Below, in pieces: positions 42,341-55,499 of a DNA stretch of 64,000 nucleotides. A program made the translations under genes and the position numbers. This DNA comes from Eledone cirrhosa. Taxonomy: Eukaryota. The notes below the pieces were generated by a model. That model had not been told where the DNA came from and made no database searches. It saw only the letters and a list, made by a program, of their open reading frames with translations. The DNA is taken from the NCBI GenBank assembly GCA_964016885.1, contig OZ024741.1, positions 210,490,001-210,554,000 of the forward strand, read 5' to 3'. Each line of letters begins with the position of its first letter. Within the stretch, counting starts at the first letter, position 1.

Positions 42341-45300
42341 GTCCACCTATCTCAGCCACAGTCCACTGTCTCAGCCACAGTCCACCTATCTCAACCACAG
42401 TCCACTGTCTCAGCCTCAGTTCACCTATCTCAGCCACAGTCCACTGTCTCAGCCTCAGTCCACTGTCTCAGCCACAGTCCACCTATCTCAGCCACAGTCC
42501 ACTGTCTCAGCCACAGTCCACCTATCTCAGCCACAGTCCACCTATCTCAGCCACAGTCCACTGTCTCAGCCACAGTCCACCTATCTCAGCCACAGTCCAC
42601 CTATCTCAGCCACAGTCCACTGTCTCAGCCACAGTCCACCTATCTCAGTCTCAGTCCACTGTCTCAGCCACAGTCCACTGTCTCAGTCTCAGTCCACCTA
42701 TCTCAGTCTCAGTCCACTGTCACAGCCACAGTCCACTGTCTCAGTCTCAGTCCACCTATCTCAGTCTCAGTCCACTGTCTCAGCCACAGTCCACCTATCT
42801 CAGCCACAGTCCACTGTCTCAGTCTCAGTCCACCTATCTCAGTCCCAGTCCACTGTCTCAGCCACAGTCCACTGTCTCAGTCTCAGTCCACCTATCTCAG
42901 CCACAGTCCACTGTCTCAGCCTCAGTCCACTGTCTCAGCCACAGTCCACTGTCTCAGCCTCAGTCCACTGTCTCAGCCTCAGTCCACCTATCTCAACCAC
43001 AGTCCACTGTCTCAGCCTCAGTTCACCTATCTCAGCCACAGTCCACTGTCTCAGCCTCAGTCCACTGTCTCAGCCACAGTCCACTGTCTCAGCCTCAGTC
43101 CACTGTCTCAGCCTCAGTCCACCTATCTCAACCACAGTCCACTGTCTCAGCCACAGTCCACCTATCTCAGCCACAGTCCACTGTCTCAGCCTCAGTCCAC
43201 TGTCTCAGCCACAGTCCACCTATCTCAGCCACAGTCCACTGTCTCAGCCACAGTCCACTGTCTCAGTCTCAGTCCACATATCTTAGCCACAGTCCACTGT
43301 CTCAGCCACAGTCCACCTATCTCAGCCACAGTCCACCTATCTCAGCCACAGTCCACTGTCTCAGCCTCAGTCCACCTATCTCAGTCTCAGTCCACTGTCT
43401 CAGCCACAGTCCACTGTCTCAGTCTCAGTCCACCTATCTCAGCCACAGTCCACTGTCTCAGCCACAGTCCACCTATCTCAGCCACAGTCCACCTATCTCA
43501 CCCTCAGTCCACTGTCTCAGCCACAGTCCACCTATCTCAGCCTCAGTCCACTGTCTCAGCCTCAGTCCACTGTCTCAGCCTCAGTCCACCTATCTCAGCC
43601 TCAGTCCACTGTCTCAGCCTCAGTCCACTGTCTCAGCCTCAGTCCACCTATCTCAGCCACAGTCCACTGTCTCACCATCAGTCCACCGTCTCAGCCACAG
43701 TCCACTGTCTCAGCCACAGTCCACTGTCTCAGCCACAGTCCACTGTCTCAGCCACAGTCCACTGTCTCAGCCTCAGTTCACCTATCTCAACCACAGTCCA
43801 CTGTCTCAGCCTCAGTTCACCTATCTCAACCACAGTCCACTGTCTCAGCCTCAGTCCACTGTCTCAGCCTCAGTTCACCTATCTCAACCACAGTCCACTG
43901 TCTCCGCCTCAGTCCACTGTCTCAGCCACAGTCCACTGTCTCAGCCACAGTTCACTGTCTCAGCCTCAGTCCACTGTCTCAGCCACAGTCCACTGTCTCA
44001 GTCTCAGTCCACTGTCTCAGCCTCAGTCCACCTATCTCAGCCACAGTCCACTGTCTCAACCACAGTCCACTGTCTCAGCCTCAGTTCACCTATCTCAACC
44101 ACAGTCCACTGTCTCAGCCTCAGTCCACTGTCTCAGCCACAGTCCACTGTCTCAGCCTCAGTCCACTGTCTCAGCCACAGTCCACCTATCTCAGCCACAG
44201 TCCACTGTCTCAGCCACAGTCCACCTATCTCAGCCACAGTCCACTGTCTCAGCCACAGTCCACCTATCTCAACCACAGTCCACTGTCTCAGCCTCAGTTC
44301 ACCTATCTCAGCCACAGTCCACTGTCTCAGCCTCAGTCCACTGTCTCAGCCACAGTCCACCTATCTCAGCCACAGTCCACTGTCTCAGCCACAGTCCACC
44401 TATCTCAGCCACAGTCCACCTATCTCAGCCACAGTCCACTGTCTCAGCCACAGTCCACCTATCTCAGCCACAGTCCACCTATCTCAGCCACAGTTCACCT
44501 ATCTCACCCACAGTCCACTGTCTCAGCCACAGTCCACTGTCTCAGCCACAGTCCACCTATCTCAGTCTCAGTCCACTGTCTCAGCCACAGTCCACTGTCT
44601 CAGTCTCAGTCCACCTATCTCAGTCTCAGTCCACTGTCTCAGCCACAGTCCACCTATCTCAGCCACAGTCCACTGTCTCAGTCTCAGTCCACCTATCTCA
44701 GTCTCAGTCCACTGTCTCAGCCACAGTCCACTGTCTCAGTCTCAGTCCACCTATATCAGCCACAGTCCACTGTCTCAGCCTCAGTTCACTGTCTCAGCCA
44801 CAGTCCACTGTCTCAGCCTCAGTCCACCTATCTCAGCCACAGTCCACTGTCTCAGCCACAGTCCACCTATCTCAGTCTCAGTCCACTGTCTCAGCCACAG
44901 TCCACTGTCTCAGTCTCAGTCCACCTATCTCAGTCTCAGTCCACTGTCTCAGCCACAGTCCACTGTCTCAGCCACAGTCCACTGTCTCAGTCTCAGTCCA
45001 CTATCTCAGCCTCAGTCCACTGTCTCAGCCACAGTCCACTGTCTCAGCCACAGTCCACTGTCTCAGTCTCAGTCCACCTATCTCAGTCTCAGTCCACTGT
45101 CTCAGCCACAGTCCACTGTCTCAGCCTCAGTCCACCTATCTCAACCACAGTCCACTGTCTCAGCCTCAGTTCACCTATCTCAGCCACAGTCCACTGTCTC
45201 AGCCTCAGTCCACTGTCTCAGCCACAGTCCACTGTCTCAGCCTCAGTTCACTGTCTCAGCCACAGTCCACCTATCTCAGCCACAGTCCACTGTCTCAGCC

Positions 45301-48300
45301 ACAGTCCACCTATCTCAGCCACAGTCCACTGTCTCAGCCTCAGTCCACTGTCTCAGCCACAGTCCACCTATCTCAGCCACAGTCCACCTATCTCAACCAC
45401 AGTCCACTGTCTCAGCCTCAGTTCACCTACCTCAACCACAGTCCACTGTCTCAGCCTCAGTCCACTGTCTCAGCCACAGTCCACTGTCTCAGCCTCATTC
45501 CACTGTCTCAGTCTCAGTCCACCTATGTCAGCCACAGTCCACTGTCTCAGTCTCAGTCCACTGTCTCAGCCTCAGTCCACCTATCTCAGCCACAGACCAC
45601 TGTCTCAGCCACAGTCCACCTATCTCAGCCACAGTCCACTGTCTCAGCCACAGTCCACCTATCTCAACCACAGTCCACTGTCTCAGCCTCAGTCCACTGT
45701 CTCAGCCACAGTTCACCTATCTCAGCCACAGTTCACTGTCTCAGCCTCAGTCCACCTATCTCAGCCACAGTCCACTGTCTCAGCCTCAGTCCACTGTCTC
45801 AGCCACAGTCCACCTATCTCAGCCACAGTCCACTGTCTCAGCCACAGTCCACCTATCTCAACCACAGTCCACTGTCTCAGCCTCAGTCCACTGTCTCAGC
45901 CTCAGTTCACCTATCTCAACCACAGTCCACTGTCTCAGCCTCAGTCCACTGTCTCAGCCACAGTCCACTGTCTCAGCCTCAGTCCACTGTCTCAGCCACA
46001 GTCCACCTATCTCAGCCACAGTCCACTGTCTCAGCCTCAGTCCACCTATCTCAGCCACAGTCCACTGTCTCAGCCACAGTCCACTGTCTGAGCCACAGTC
46101 CACTGTCTCAGCCTCAGTCCACTGTCTCAGCCACAGTCCACCTATCTCAGCCACAGTCCACTGTCTCAGCCTCAGTCCACCTATCTCAGCCACAGTCCAC
46201 TGTCTCAGCCACAGTCCACTGTCTCAGCCACAGTCCACCTATCTCAGCCACAGTCCACTGTCTCAGCCTCAGTCCACTGTCTCAGTCTCAGTCCACTGTC
46301 TCAGCCTCAGTCCACCTATCTCAGCCACAGTCCACTGTCTCAGCCTCAGTCCACTGTCTCAGCCACAGTCCACCTATCTCAGCCACAGTCCACCTATCTC
46401 ACCCTCAGTCCACTGTCTCAGCCACAGTCCACCTATCTCAGCCTCAGTCCACTGTCTCAGCCTCAGTCCACCGTCTCAGCCACAGTCCACTGTCTCAGCC
46501 ACAGTCCACTGTCTCAGCCACAGTCCACTGTCTCAGCCACAGTCCACCTATCTCAGCCACAGTCCACTGTCTCAGCCTCAGTTCACCTATCTCAACCACA
46601 GTCCACTGTCTCAGCCTCAGTTCACCTATCTCAACCACAGTCCACCTATCTCAGCCACAGTCCACTGTCTCAGCCTCAGTCCACCGTCTCAGCCACAGTC
46701 CACTGTCTCAGCCACAGTCCACTGTCTCAGCCACAGTCCACTGTCTCAGCCTCAGTTCACCTATCTCAACCACAGTCCACTGTCTCAGCCTCAATTCACC
46801 TATCTCAGCCACAGTCCACTGTCTCAGCCACAGTCCACCTATCTCAGTCTCAGTCCACTGTCTCAGCCACAGTCCACCTATCTCAGCCACAGTCCACTGT
46901 CTCAGCCTCAGTTCACCTATCTCAGCCACAGTCCACTGTCTCAGCCACAGTCCACCTATCTCAGCCACAGTCCACTGTCTCAGCCTCAGTTCACCTATCT
47001 CAGCCACAGTCCACCTATCTCAGTCTCAGTCCACTGTCTCAGCCACAGTCCACCTATCTCAACCACAGTCCACTGTCTCAGCCTCAGTCCACCTATCTCA
47101 ACCACAGTCCACCTATCTCAGTCTCAGTCCACTGTCTCAGCCACAGTCCATCTATCTCAACCACAGTCCACTGTCTCAGCATCAGTTCACCTATCTCAGC
47201 CACAGTCCACCTATCTCAGTCTCAGTCCACTGTCTCAGCCACAGTCCACCTATCTCAGCCACAGTCCACTGTCTCAGCCTCAGTTCACCTATCTCAACCA
47301 CAGTCCACCTATCTCAGTCTCAGTCCACTGTCTCAGCCACAGTCCACTGTCTCAGCCACAGTCCACCTATCTCAGCCACAGTCCACTGTCTCAGCCTCAG
47401 TTCACCTATCTCAACCACAGTCCACCTATCTCAGCCTCAGTCCACTGTCTCAGCCTCAGTTCACCTATCTCAGCCACAGTCCACTGTCTCAGCCACAGTC
47501 CACCTATCTCAGCCACAGTCCACTGTCTCAGCCACAGTCCACCTATCTCAACCACAGTCCACTGTCTCAGCCACAGTCCACCTATCTCAGCCTCAGTCCA
47601 CTGTCTCAGCCTCAGTCCACTGTCTCAGCCACAGTCCACTGTCTCAGCCTCAGTCCACTGTCTCAGCCACAGTCCACCTATCTCAGCCACAGTCCACTCT
47701 CTCAGCCACAGTCCACCTATCTCAGCCACAGTCCACTGTCTCAGCCTCAGTCCACCTATCTCAGCCAGAGTCCACTGTCTCAGCCTCAGTCCACTGTCTC
47801 AGCCACAGTCCACCTATCTCAGCCACAGTCCACTGTCTCAGCCTCAGTCCACTGTCTCAGCCACAGTCCACCTACCTCAGCCACAGTCCACTGTCTCAGC
47901 CTCAGTCCACTGTCTCAGCCACAGGCCACCTATCTCAGCCACAGTCGACTGTCTCAGCCACAGTCCACCTATCTCAGCCACAGTCCACTGTCTCAGCCAC
48001 AGTCCACCTATCTCAACCACAGTCCACTGTCTCAACCACAGTCCACTGTCTCAGCCTCAGTTCACCTATCTCAACCACAGTCCACTGTCTCAGCCTCAGT
48101 CCACTGTCTCAGCCACAGTCCACTGTCTCAGCCTCAGTCCACTGTCTCAGCCACAGTCCACTGTCTCAGCCTCAGTCCACTGTCTCAGCCACAGTCCACC
48201 TATCTCAGCCACAGTCCATTGTCTCAGCCACAGTCCACTGTCTCAGCCACAGTCCACCTATCTCAACCACAGTCCACTGTCTCAACCACAGTCCACTGTC

Positions 48301-49589
48301 ACAGCCTCAGTTCACCTATCTCAACCACAGTCCACTGTCTCAGCCTCAGTCCACCTATCTCAGCCACAGTCCACCTATCTCAGCCACAGTCCACCTATCT
48401 CAGCCACAGTCCACTGTCTCAGCCTCAGTCCACTGTCTCAGCCACAGTCCACCTATCTCAGCCACAGTCCACTGTCTCAGCCACAGTCCACTGTCTCAGC
48501 CTCAGTCCACTGTCTCAGCCACAGTCTACCTATCTCAGCCACAGTCCACCTATCTCAGCCTCAGTCCACTGTCTCAGCCTCAGTCCACTGTCTCAGCCAC
48601 AGTCCACCTATCTCAGCCACAGTCCACTGTCTCAGCCTCAGTCCACCTATCTCAGCCACAGTCCACCTATCTCAGCCACAGTCCACTGTCTCAGCCTCAG
48701 TCCACCTATCTCAGCCACAGTCCACCTATCTCAGCCACAGTCCACTGTTTCAGCCACAGTCCACTGTCTCAGCCACAGTCCACCTATCTCAACCACAGTC
48801 CACTGTCTCAACCACAGTCCACTGTCTCAGCCACAGTCCACTGTCTCAGCCTCAGTCCACCTATCTCAGCCACAGTCCACCTATCTCAGCCACAGTCCAC
48901 TGTCTCAGCCACTGTCCACTGTCTCAGCCACAGTCCACCTATCTCAGCCACAGTCCACTGTCTCAGCCTCAGTCCACTGTCTCAGCCACAGTCGTCCTAT
49001 CTCAGCCACAGTCCACCTATCTCAGCCACAGTCCACTGTCTCAGCCTCAGTTCACTGTCTCAGCCACAGTCCACCTATCTCAGCCACAGTCCACTGTCTC
49101 AGCCACAGTCCACCTATCTCAGCCACAGTCCACTGTCTCAGCCTCAGTCCACCTATCTCAGCCACAGTCCACTGTCTCAGCCTCAGTCCACTGTCTCAGC
49201 CACAGTCCACCTATCTCAGCCACAGTCCACTGTCTCAGCCTCAGTCCACTGTCTCAGCCACAGTCCACCTATCTCAGCCACAGTCCACCTATCTCAGCCA
49301 CAGTCCACTGTCTCAGCCTCAGTTCACTGTCTCAGCCACAGTCCACCTATCTCAGCCACAGTCCACTGTCTCAGCCACAGTCCACCTATCTCAGCCACAG
49401 TCCACTGTCTCAGCCTCAGTCCACTGTCTCAGCCACAGTCCACCTATCTCAGCCACAGTCCACCTATCTCAACCACAGTCCACTGTCTCAGCCTCAGTTC
49501 ACCTATCTCAACCACAGTCCACTGTCTCAGCCTCAGTCCACTGTCTCAGCCACAGTCCACTGTCTCAGCCTCATTCCACTGTCTCAGCC

Positions 49590-52500
49590 TCAGTCCACCT
49601 ATGTCAGCCACAGTCCACTGTCTCAGCCTCAGTCCACCTATCTCAGCCACAGACCACTGTCTCAGCCACAGTCCACCTATCTCAGCCACAGTCCACTGTC
49701 TCAGCCACAGTCCACCTATCTCAACCACAGTCCACTGTCTCAGCCTCAGTCCACTGTCTCAGCCTCAGTTCACCTATCTCAACCACAGTCCACTGTCTCA
49801 GCCTCAGTCCACTGTCTCAGCCACAGTCCACTGTCTCAGCCTCAGTCCACTGTCTCAGCCACAGTCCACCTATCTCAGCCACAGTCCACTGTCTCAGCCA
49901 CAGTCCACCTATCTCAGCCACAGTCCACTGTCTCAGCCTCAATCCACCTATCTCAGCCACAGTCCACTGTCTCAGCCTCAGTCCACTGTCTCAGCCACAG
50001 TCCGCCTATCTCACCCTCAGTCCACTGTCTCAGCCACAGTCCACCTATCTCAGCCTCAGTCCACCGTCTCAGCCACAGTCCACTGTCTCAGCCACAGTCC
50101 ACTGTCTCAGCCTCAGTTCACCTATCTCAACCACAGTCCACTGTCTCAGCCACAGTCCACTGTCTCAGTCACAGTCCACCTATCTCAGCCACAGTCCACT
50201 GTCTCAGCATCAGTCCACTGTCTCAGCCACAGTCCACTGTCTCAGCCTCAGTCCACTGTCTCAGCCTCAGTCCACCTATCTCAACCACAGTCCACTGTCT
50301 CAGCCTCAGTTCACCTATCTCAGCCACAATCCACTGTCTCAGCCTCAGTCCACTGTCTCAGCCACAGTCCACTGTCTCAGCCTCAGTCCACTGTCTCAGC
50401 CTCAGTCCACCTATCTCAACCACAGTCCACTGTCTCAGCCACAGTCCACCTATCTCAGCCACAGTCCACTGTCTCAGCCTCAGTCCACTGTCTCAGCCAC
50501 AGTCCACCTATCTCAGCCACAGTCCACTGTCTCAGCCACAGTCCACTGTCTCAGTCTCAGTCCACCTATCTCAGCCACAGTCCACTGTCTCAGCCACAGT
50601 CCACCTATCTCAGCCACAGTCCACCTATCTCAGCCACAGTCCACTGTCTCAGCCACAGGCCACCTATCTCAGTCTCAGTCCACTGTCTCAGCCACAGTCC
50701 ACTGTCTCAGTCTCAGTCCACCTATCTCAGCCACAGTCCACTGTCTCAGCCACAGTCCACCTATCTCAGCCACAGTCCACTGTCTCAGCCACAGTCCACC
50801 TATCTCAGTCTCAGTCCACTGTCTCAGCCACAGTCCACTGTCTCAGCCACAGTCCACCTATCTCAGCCACAGTCCACCTATCTCAGCCACAGTCCACCTA
50901 TCTCACCCTCAGTCCACTGTCTCAGCCACAGTCCACCTATCTCAGCCTCAGTCCACTGTCTCAGCCTCAGTCCACTGTCTCAGCCACAGTCCACCTATCT
51001 CAGCCTCAGTCCACTGTCTCAGCCTCAGTCCACTGTCTCAGCCTCAGTCCACCTATCTCAGCCACAGTCGACTGTCTCAGCCACAGTCCACCGTCTCAGC
51101 CACAGTCCACTGTCTCAGCCACAGTCCACTGTCTCAGCCACAGTCCACTGTCTCAGCCACAGTCCACTGTCTCAGCCTCAGTTCACCTATCTCAACCACA
51201 GTCCACTGTCTCAGCCTCAGTTCACCTATCTCAACCACAGTCCACTGTCTCAGCCTCAGTCCACTGTCTCAGCCTCAGTTCACCTATCTCAACCACAGTC
51301 CACTGTCTCAACCTCAGTCCACTGTCTCAGCCACAGTCCACTGTCTCAGCCACAGTCCACTGTCTCAGCCTCAGTCCACTGTCTCAGCCACAGTCCACTG
51401 TCTCAGTCTCAGTCCACTATCTCAGCCTCAGTCCACCTATCTCAGCCACAGTCCACTGTCTCAACCACAGTCCACTGTCTCAGCCTCAGTTCACCTATCT
51501 CAACCTCAGTCCACTGTCTCAGCCACAGTCCACTGTCTCAGCCTCAGTCCACTGTCTCAGCCACAGTCCACCTATCTCAGCCACAGTCCACTGTCTCAGC
51601 CACAGTCCACCTATCTCAGCCACAGTCCACTGTCTCAGCCACAGTCCACCTATCTCAACCACAGTCCACTGTCTCAGCCTCAGTTCACCTATCTCAGCCA
51701 CAGTCCACTGTCTCAGCCTCAGTCCACTGTCTCAGCCACAGTCCACCTATCTCAGCCACAGTCCACTGTCTCAGCCACAGTCCACCTATCTCAGCCACAG
51801 TCCACCTATCTCAGCCACAGTCCACTGTCTCAGCCACAGTCCACCTATCTCAGCCACAGTCCACCTATCTCAGCCACAGTCCACTGTCTCAGCCACAGTC
51901 CACCTATCTCAGTCTCAGTCCACTGTCTCAGCCACAGTCCACCTATCTCAGCCACAGTCCACTGTCTCAGCCTCAGGTCACCTATCTCAGCCACAGTCCA
52001 TTGTCTCAGCCACAGTCCACCTATCTCAGCCACAGTCCACTGTCTCAGCCTCAGTTCACCTATCTCAACCACAGTCCACTGTCTCAGCCTCAGTTCACCT
52101 ATCTCAGCCACAGTCCACCTATCTCAGTCTCAGTCCACTGTCTCAGCCACAGTCCACCTATCTCAGCCACAGTCCACTGTCTCAGCCTCAGTTCACCTAT
52201 CTCAACCACAGTCCACTGTCTCAGCCTCAGTCCACCTATGTCAGCCACAGTCCACTGTCTCAGCCTCAGTCCACCTATCTCAGCCACAGACCACTGTCTC
52301 AGCCACAGTCCACCTATCTCAGCCACAGTCCACTGTCTCAGCCACAGTCCACCTATCTCAACCACAGTCCACTGTCTCAGCCTCAGTCCACTGTCTCAGC
52401 CTCAGTTCACCTATCTCAACCACAGTCCACTGTCTCAGCCTCAGTCCACTGTCTCAGCCACAGTCCACTGTCTCAGCCTCAGTCCACTGTCTCAGCCACA

Positions 52501-54865
52501 GTCCACCTATCTCAGCCACAGTCCACTGTCTCAGCCACAGTCCACCTATCTCAGCCACAGTCCACTGTCTCAGCCTCAATCCACCTATCTCAGCCACAGT
52601 CCACTGTCTCAGCCTCAGTCCACTGTCTCAGCCACAGTCCGCCTATCTCACCCTCAGTCCACTGTCTCAGCCACAGTCCACCTATCTCAGCCTCAGTCCA
52701 CCGTCTCAGCCACAGTCCACTGTCTCAGCCACAGTCCACTGTCTCAGCCTCAGTTCACCTATCTCAACCACAGTCCACTGTCTCAGCCACAGTCCACTGT
52801 CTCAGTCACAGTCCACCTATCTCAGCCACAGTCCACTGTCTCAGCATCAGTCCACTGTCTCAGCCACAGTCCACTGTCTCAGCCTCAGTCCACTGTCTCA
52901 GCCTCAGTCCACCTATCTCAACCACAGTCCACTGTCTCAGCCTCAGTTCACCTATCTCAGCCACAATCCACTGTCTCAGCCTCAGTCCACTGTCTCAGCC
53001 ACAGTCCACTGTCTCAGCCTCAGTCCACTGTCTCAGCCTCAGTCCACCTATCTCAACCACAGTCCACTGTCTCAGCCACAGTCCACCTATCTCAGCCACA
53101 GTCCACTGTCTCAGCCTCAGTCCACTGTCTCAGCCACAGTCCACCTATCTCAGCCACAGTCCACTGTCTCAGCCACAGTCCACTGTCTCAGTCTCAGTCC
53201 ACCTATCTCAGCCACAGTCCACTGTCTCAGCCACAGTCCACCTATCTCAGCCACAGTCCACCTATCTCAGCCACAGTCCACTGTCTCAGCCACAGGCCAC
53301 CTATCTCAGTCTCAGTCCACTGTCTCAGCCACAGTCCACTGTCTCAGTCTCAGTCCACCTATCTCAGCCACAGTCCACTGTCTCAGCCACAGTCCACCTA
53401 TCTCAGCCACAGTCCACTGTCTCAGCCACAGTCCACCTATCTCAGTCTCAGTCCACTGTCTCAGCCACAGTCCACTGTCTCAGCCACAGTCCACCTATCT
53501 CAGCCACAGTCCACCTATCTCAGCCACAGTCCACCTATCTCACCCTCAGTCCACTGTCTCAGCCACAGTCCACCTATCTCAGCCTCAGTCCACTGTCTCA
53601 GCCTCAGTCCACTGTCTCAGCCACAGTCCACCTATCTCAGCCTCAGTCCACTGTCTCAGCCTCAGTCCACTGTCTCAGCCTCAGTCCACCTATCTCAGCC
53701 ACAGTCGACTGTCTCAGCCACAGTCCACCGTCTCAGCCACAGTCCACTGTCTCAGCCACAGTCCACTGTCTCAGCCACAGTCCACTGTCTCAGCCACAGT
53801 CCACTGTCTCAGCCTCAGTTCACCTATCTCAACCACAGTCCACTGTCTCAGCCTCAGTTCACCTATCTCAACCACAGTCCACTGTCTCAGCCTCAGTCCA
53901 CTGTCTCAGCCTCAGTTCACCTATCTCAACCACAGTCCACTGTCTCAACCTCAGTCCACTGTCTCAGCCACAGTCCACTGTCTCAGCCACAGTCCACTGT
54001 CTCAGCCTCAGTCCACTGTCTCAGCCACAGTCCACTGTCTCAGTCTCAGTCCACTATCTCAGCCTCAGTCCACCTATCTCAGCCACAGTCCACTGTCTCA
54101 ACCACAGTCCACTGTCTCAGCCTCAGTTCACCTATCTCAACCTCAGTCCACTGTCTCAGCCACAGTCCACTGTCTCAGCCTCAGTCCACTGTCTCAGCCA
54201 CAGTCCACCTATCTCAGCCACAGTCCACTGTCTCAGCCACAGTCCACCTATCTCAGCCACAGTCCACTGTCTCAGCCACAGTCCACCTATCTCAACCACA
54301 GTCCACTGTCTCAGCCTCAGTTCACCTATCTCAGCCACAGTCCACTGTCTCAGCCTCAGTCCACTGTCTCAGCCACAGTCCACCTATCTCAGCCACAGTC
54401 CACTGTCTCAGCCACAGTCCACCTATCTCAGCCACAGTCCACCTATCTCAGCCACAGTCCACTGTCTCAGCCACAGTCCACCTATCTCAGCCACAGTCCA
54501 CCTATCTCAGCCACAGTCCACTGTCTCAGCCACAGTCCACCTATCTCAGTCTCAGTCCACTGTCTCAGCCACAGTCCACCTATCTCAGCCACAGTCGACT
54601 GTCTCAGCCTCAGGTCACCTATCTCAGCCACAGTCCATTGTCTCAGCCACAGTCCACCTATCTCAGCCACAGTCCACTGTCTCAGCCTCAGTTCACCTAT
54701 CTCAACCACAGTCCACTGTCTCAGCCTCAGTTCACCTATCTCAGCCACAGTCCACCTATCTCAGTCTCAGTCCACTGTCTCAGCCACAGTCCACCTATCT
54801 CAGCCACAGTCCACTGTCTCAGCCTCAGTTCACCTATCTCAACCACAGTCCACTGTCTCAGCCTC
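49590..54865. repeat. Tandem duplication in satellite C, 2 x 2,637 bp
   Basis: Markers at offset 2,637: ATGTCAG 49,601/52,238, GTCGAC 51,067/53,704, ORFs 51519/54156 and 51845/54482. Confidence 0.92.
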
Positions 54866-55499
54866 AGTCCACCTATCTCAACCACAGTCCACCTATCTCA
54901 GTCTCAGTCCACTGTCTCAGCCACAGTCCACCTATCTCAACCACAGTCCACTGTCTCAGCCTCAGTTCACCTATCTCAGCCACAGTCCACCTATCTCAGT
55001 GTCAGTCCACTGTCTCAGCCACAGTCCACCTATCTCAGCCACAGTCCACTGTCTCAGCCTCAGTTCACCTATCTCAACCACAGTCCACCTATCTCAGTCT
55101 CAGTCCACTGTCTCAGCCACAGTCCACTGTCTCAGCCACAGTCCACCTATCTCAGCCACAGTCCACTGTATCAGCCTCAGTTCACCTATCTCAACCACAG
55201 TCCACCTATCTCAGCCTCAGTCCACTGTCTCAGCCTCAGTTCACCTATCTCAGCCACAGTCCACTGTCTCAGCCACAGTCCACCTATCTCAGCCACAGTC
55301 CACTGTCTCAGCCACAGTCCACCTATCTCAACCACAGTCCACTGTCTCAGCCACAGTCCACCTATCTCAGCCACAGTCCACTGTCTCAGCCTCAGTTCAC
55401 CTATCTCAACCACAGTCCACCTATCTCAGCCTCAGTCCACTGTCTCAGCCACAGTCCACCTATCTCAGCCACAGTCCACTGTCTCAGCCACAGTCCACC

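Noticed and set aside
31941-43286. Long SQPQST/VSATVH ORFs
   Set aside because: These are overlapping frames with the same peptides. Starts and stops coincide with single repeat SNVs copied by the 3.3-kb higher-order repeat.
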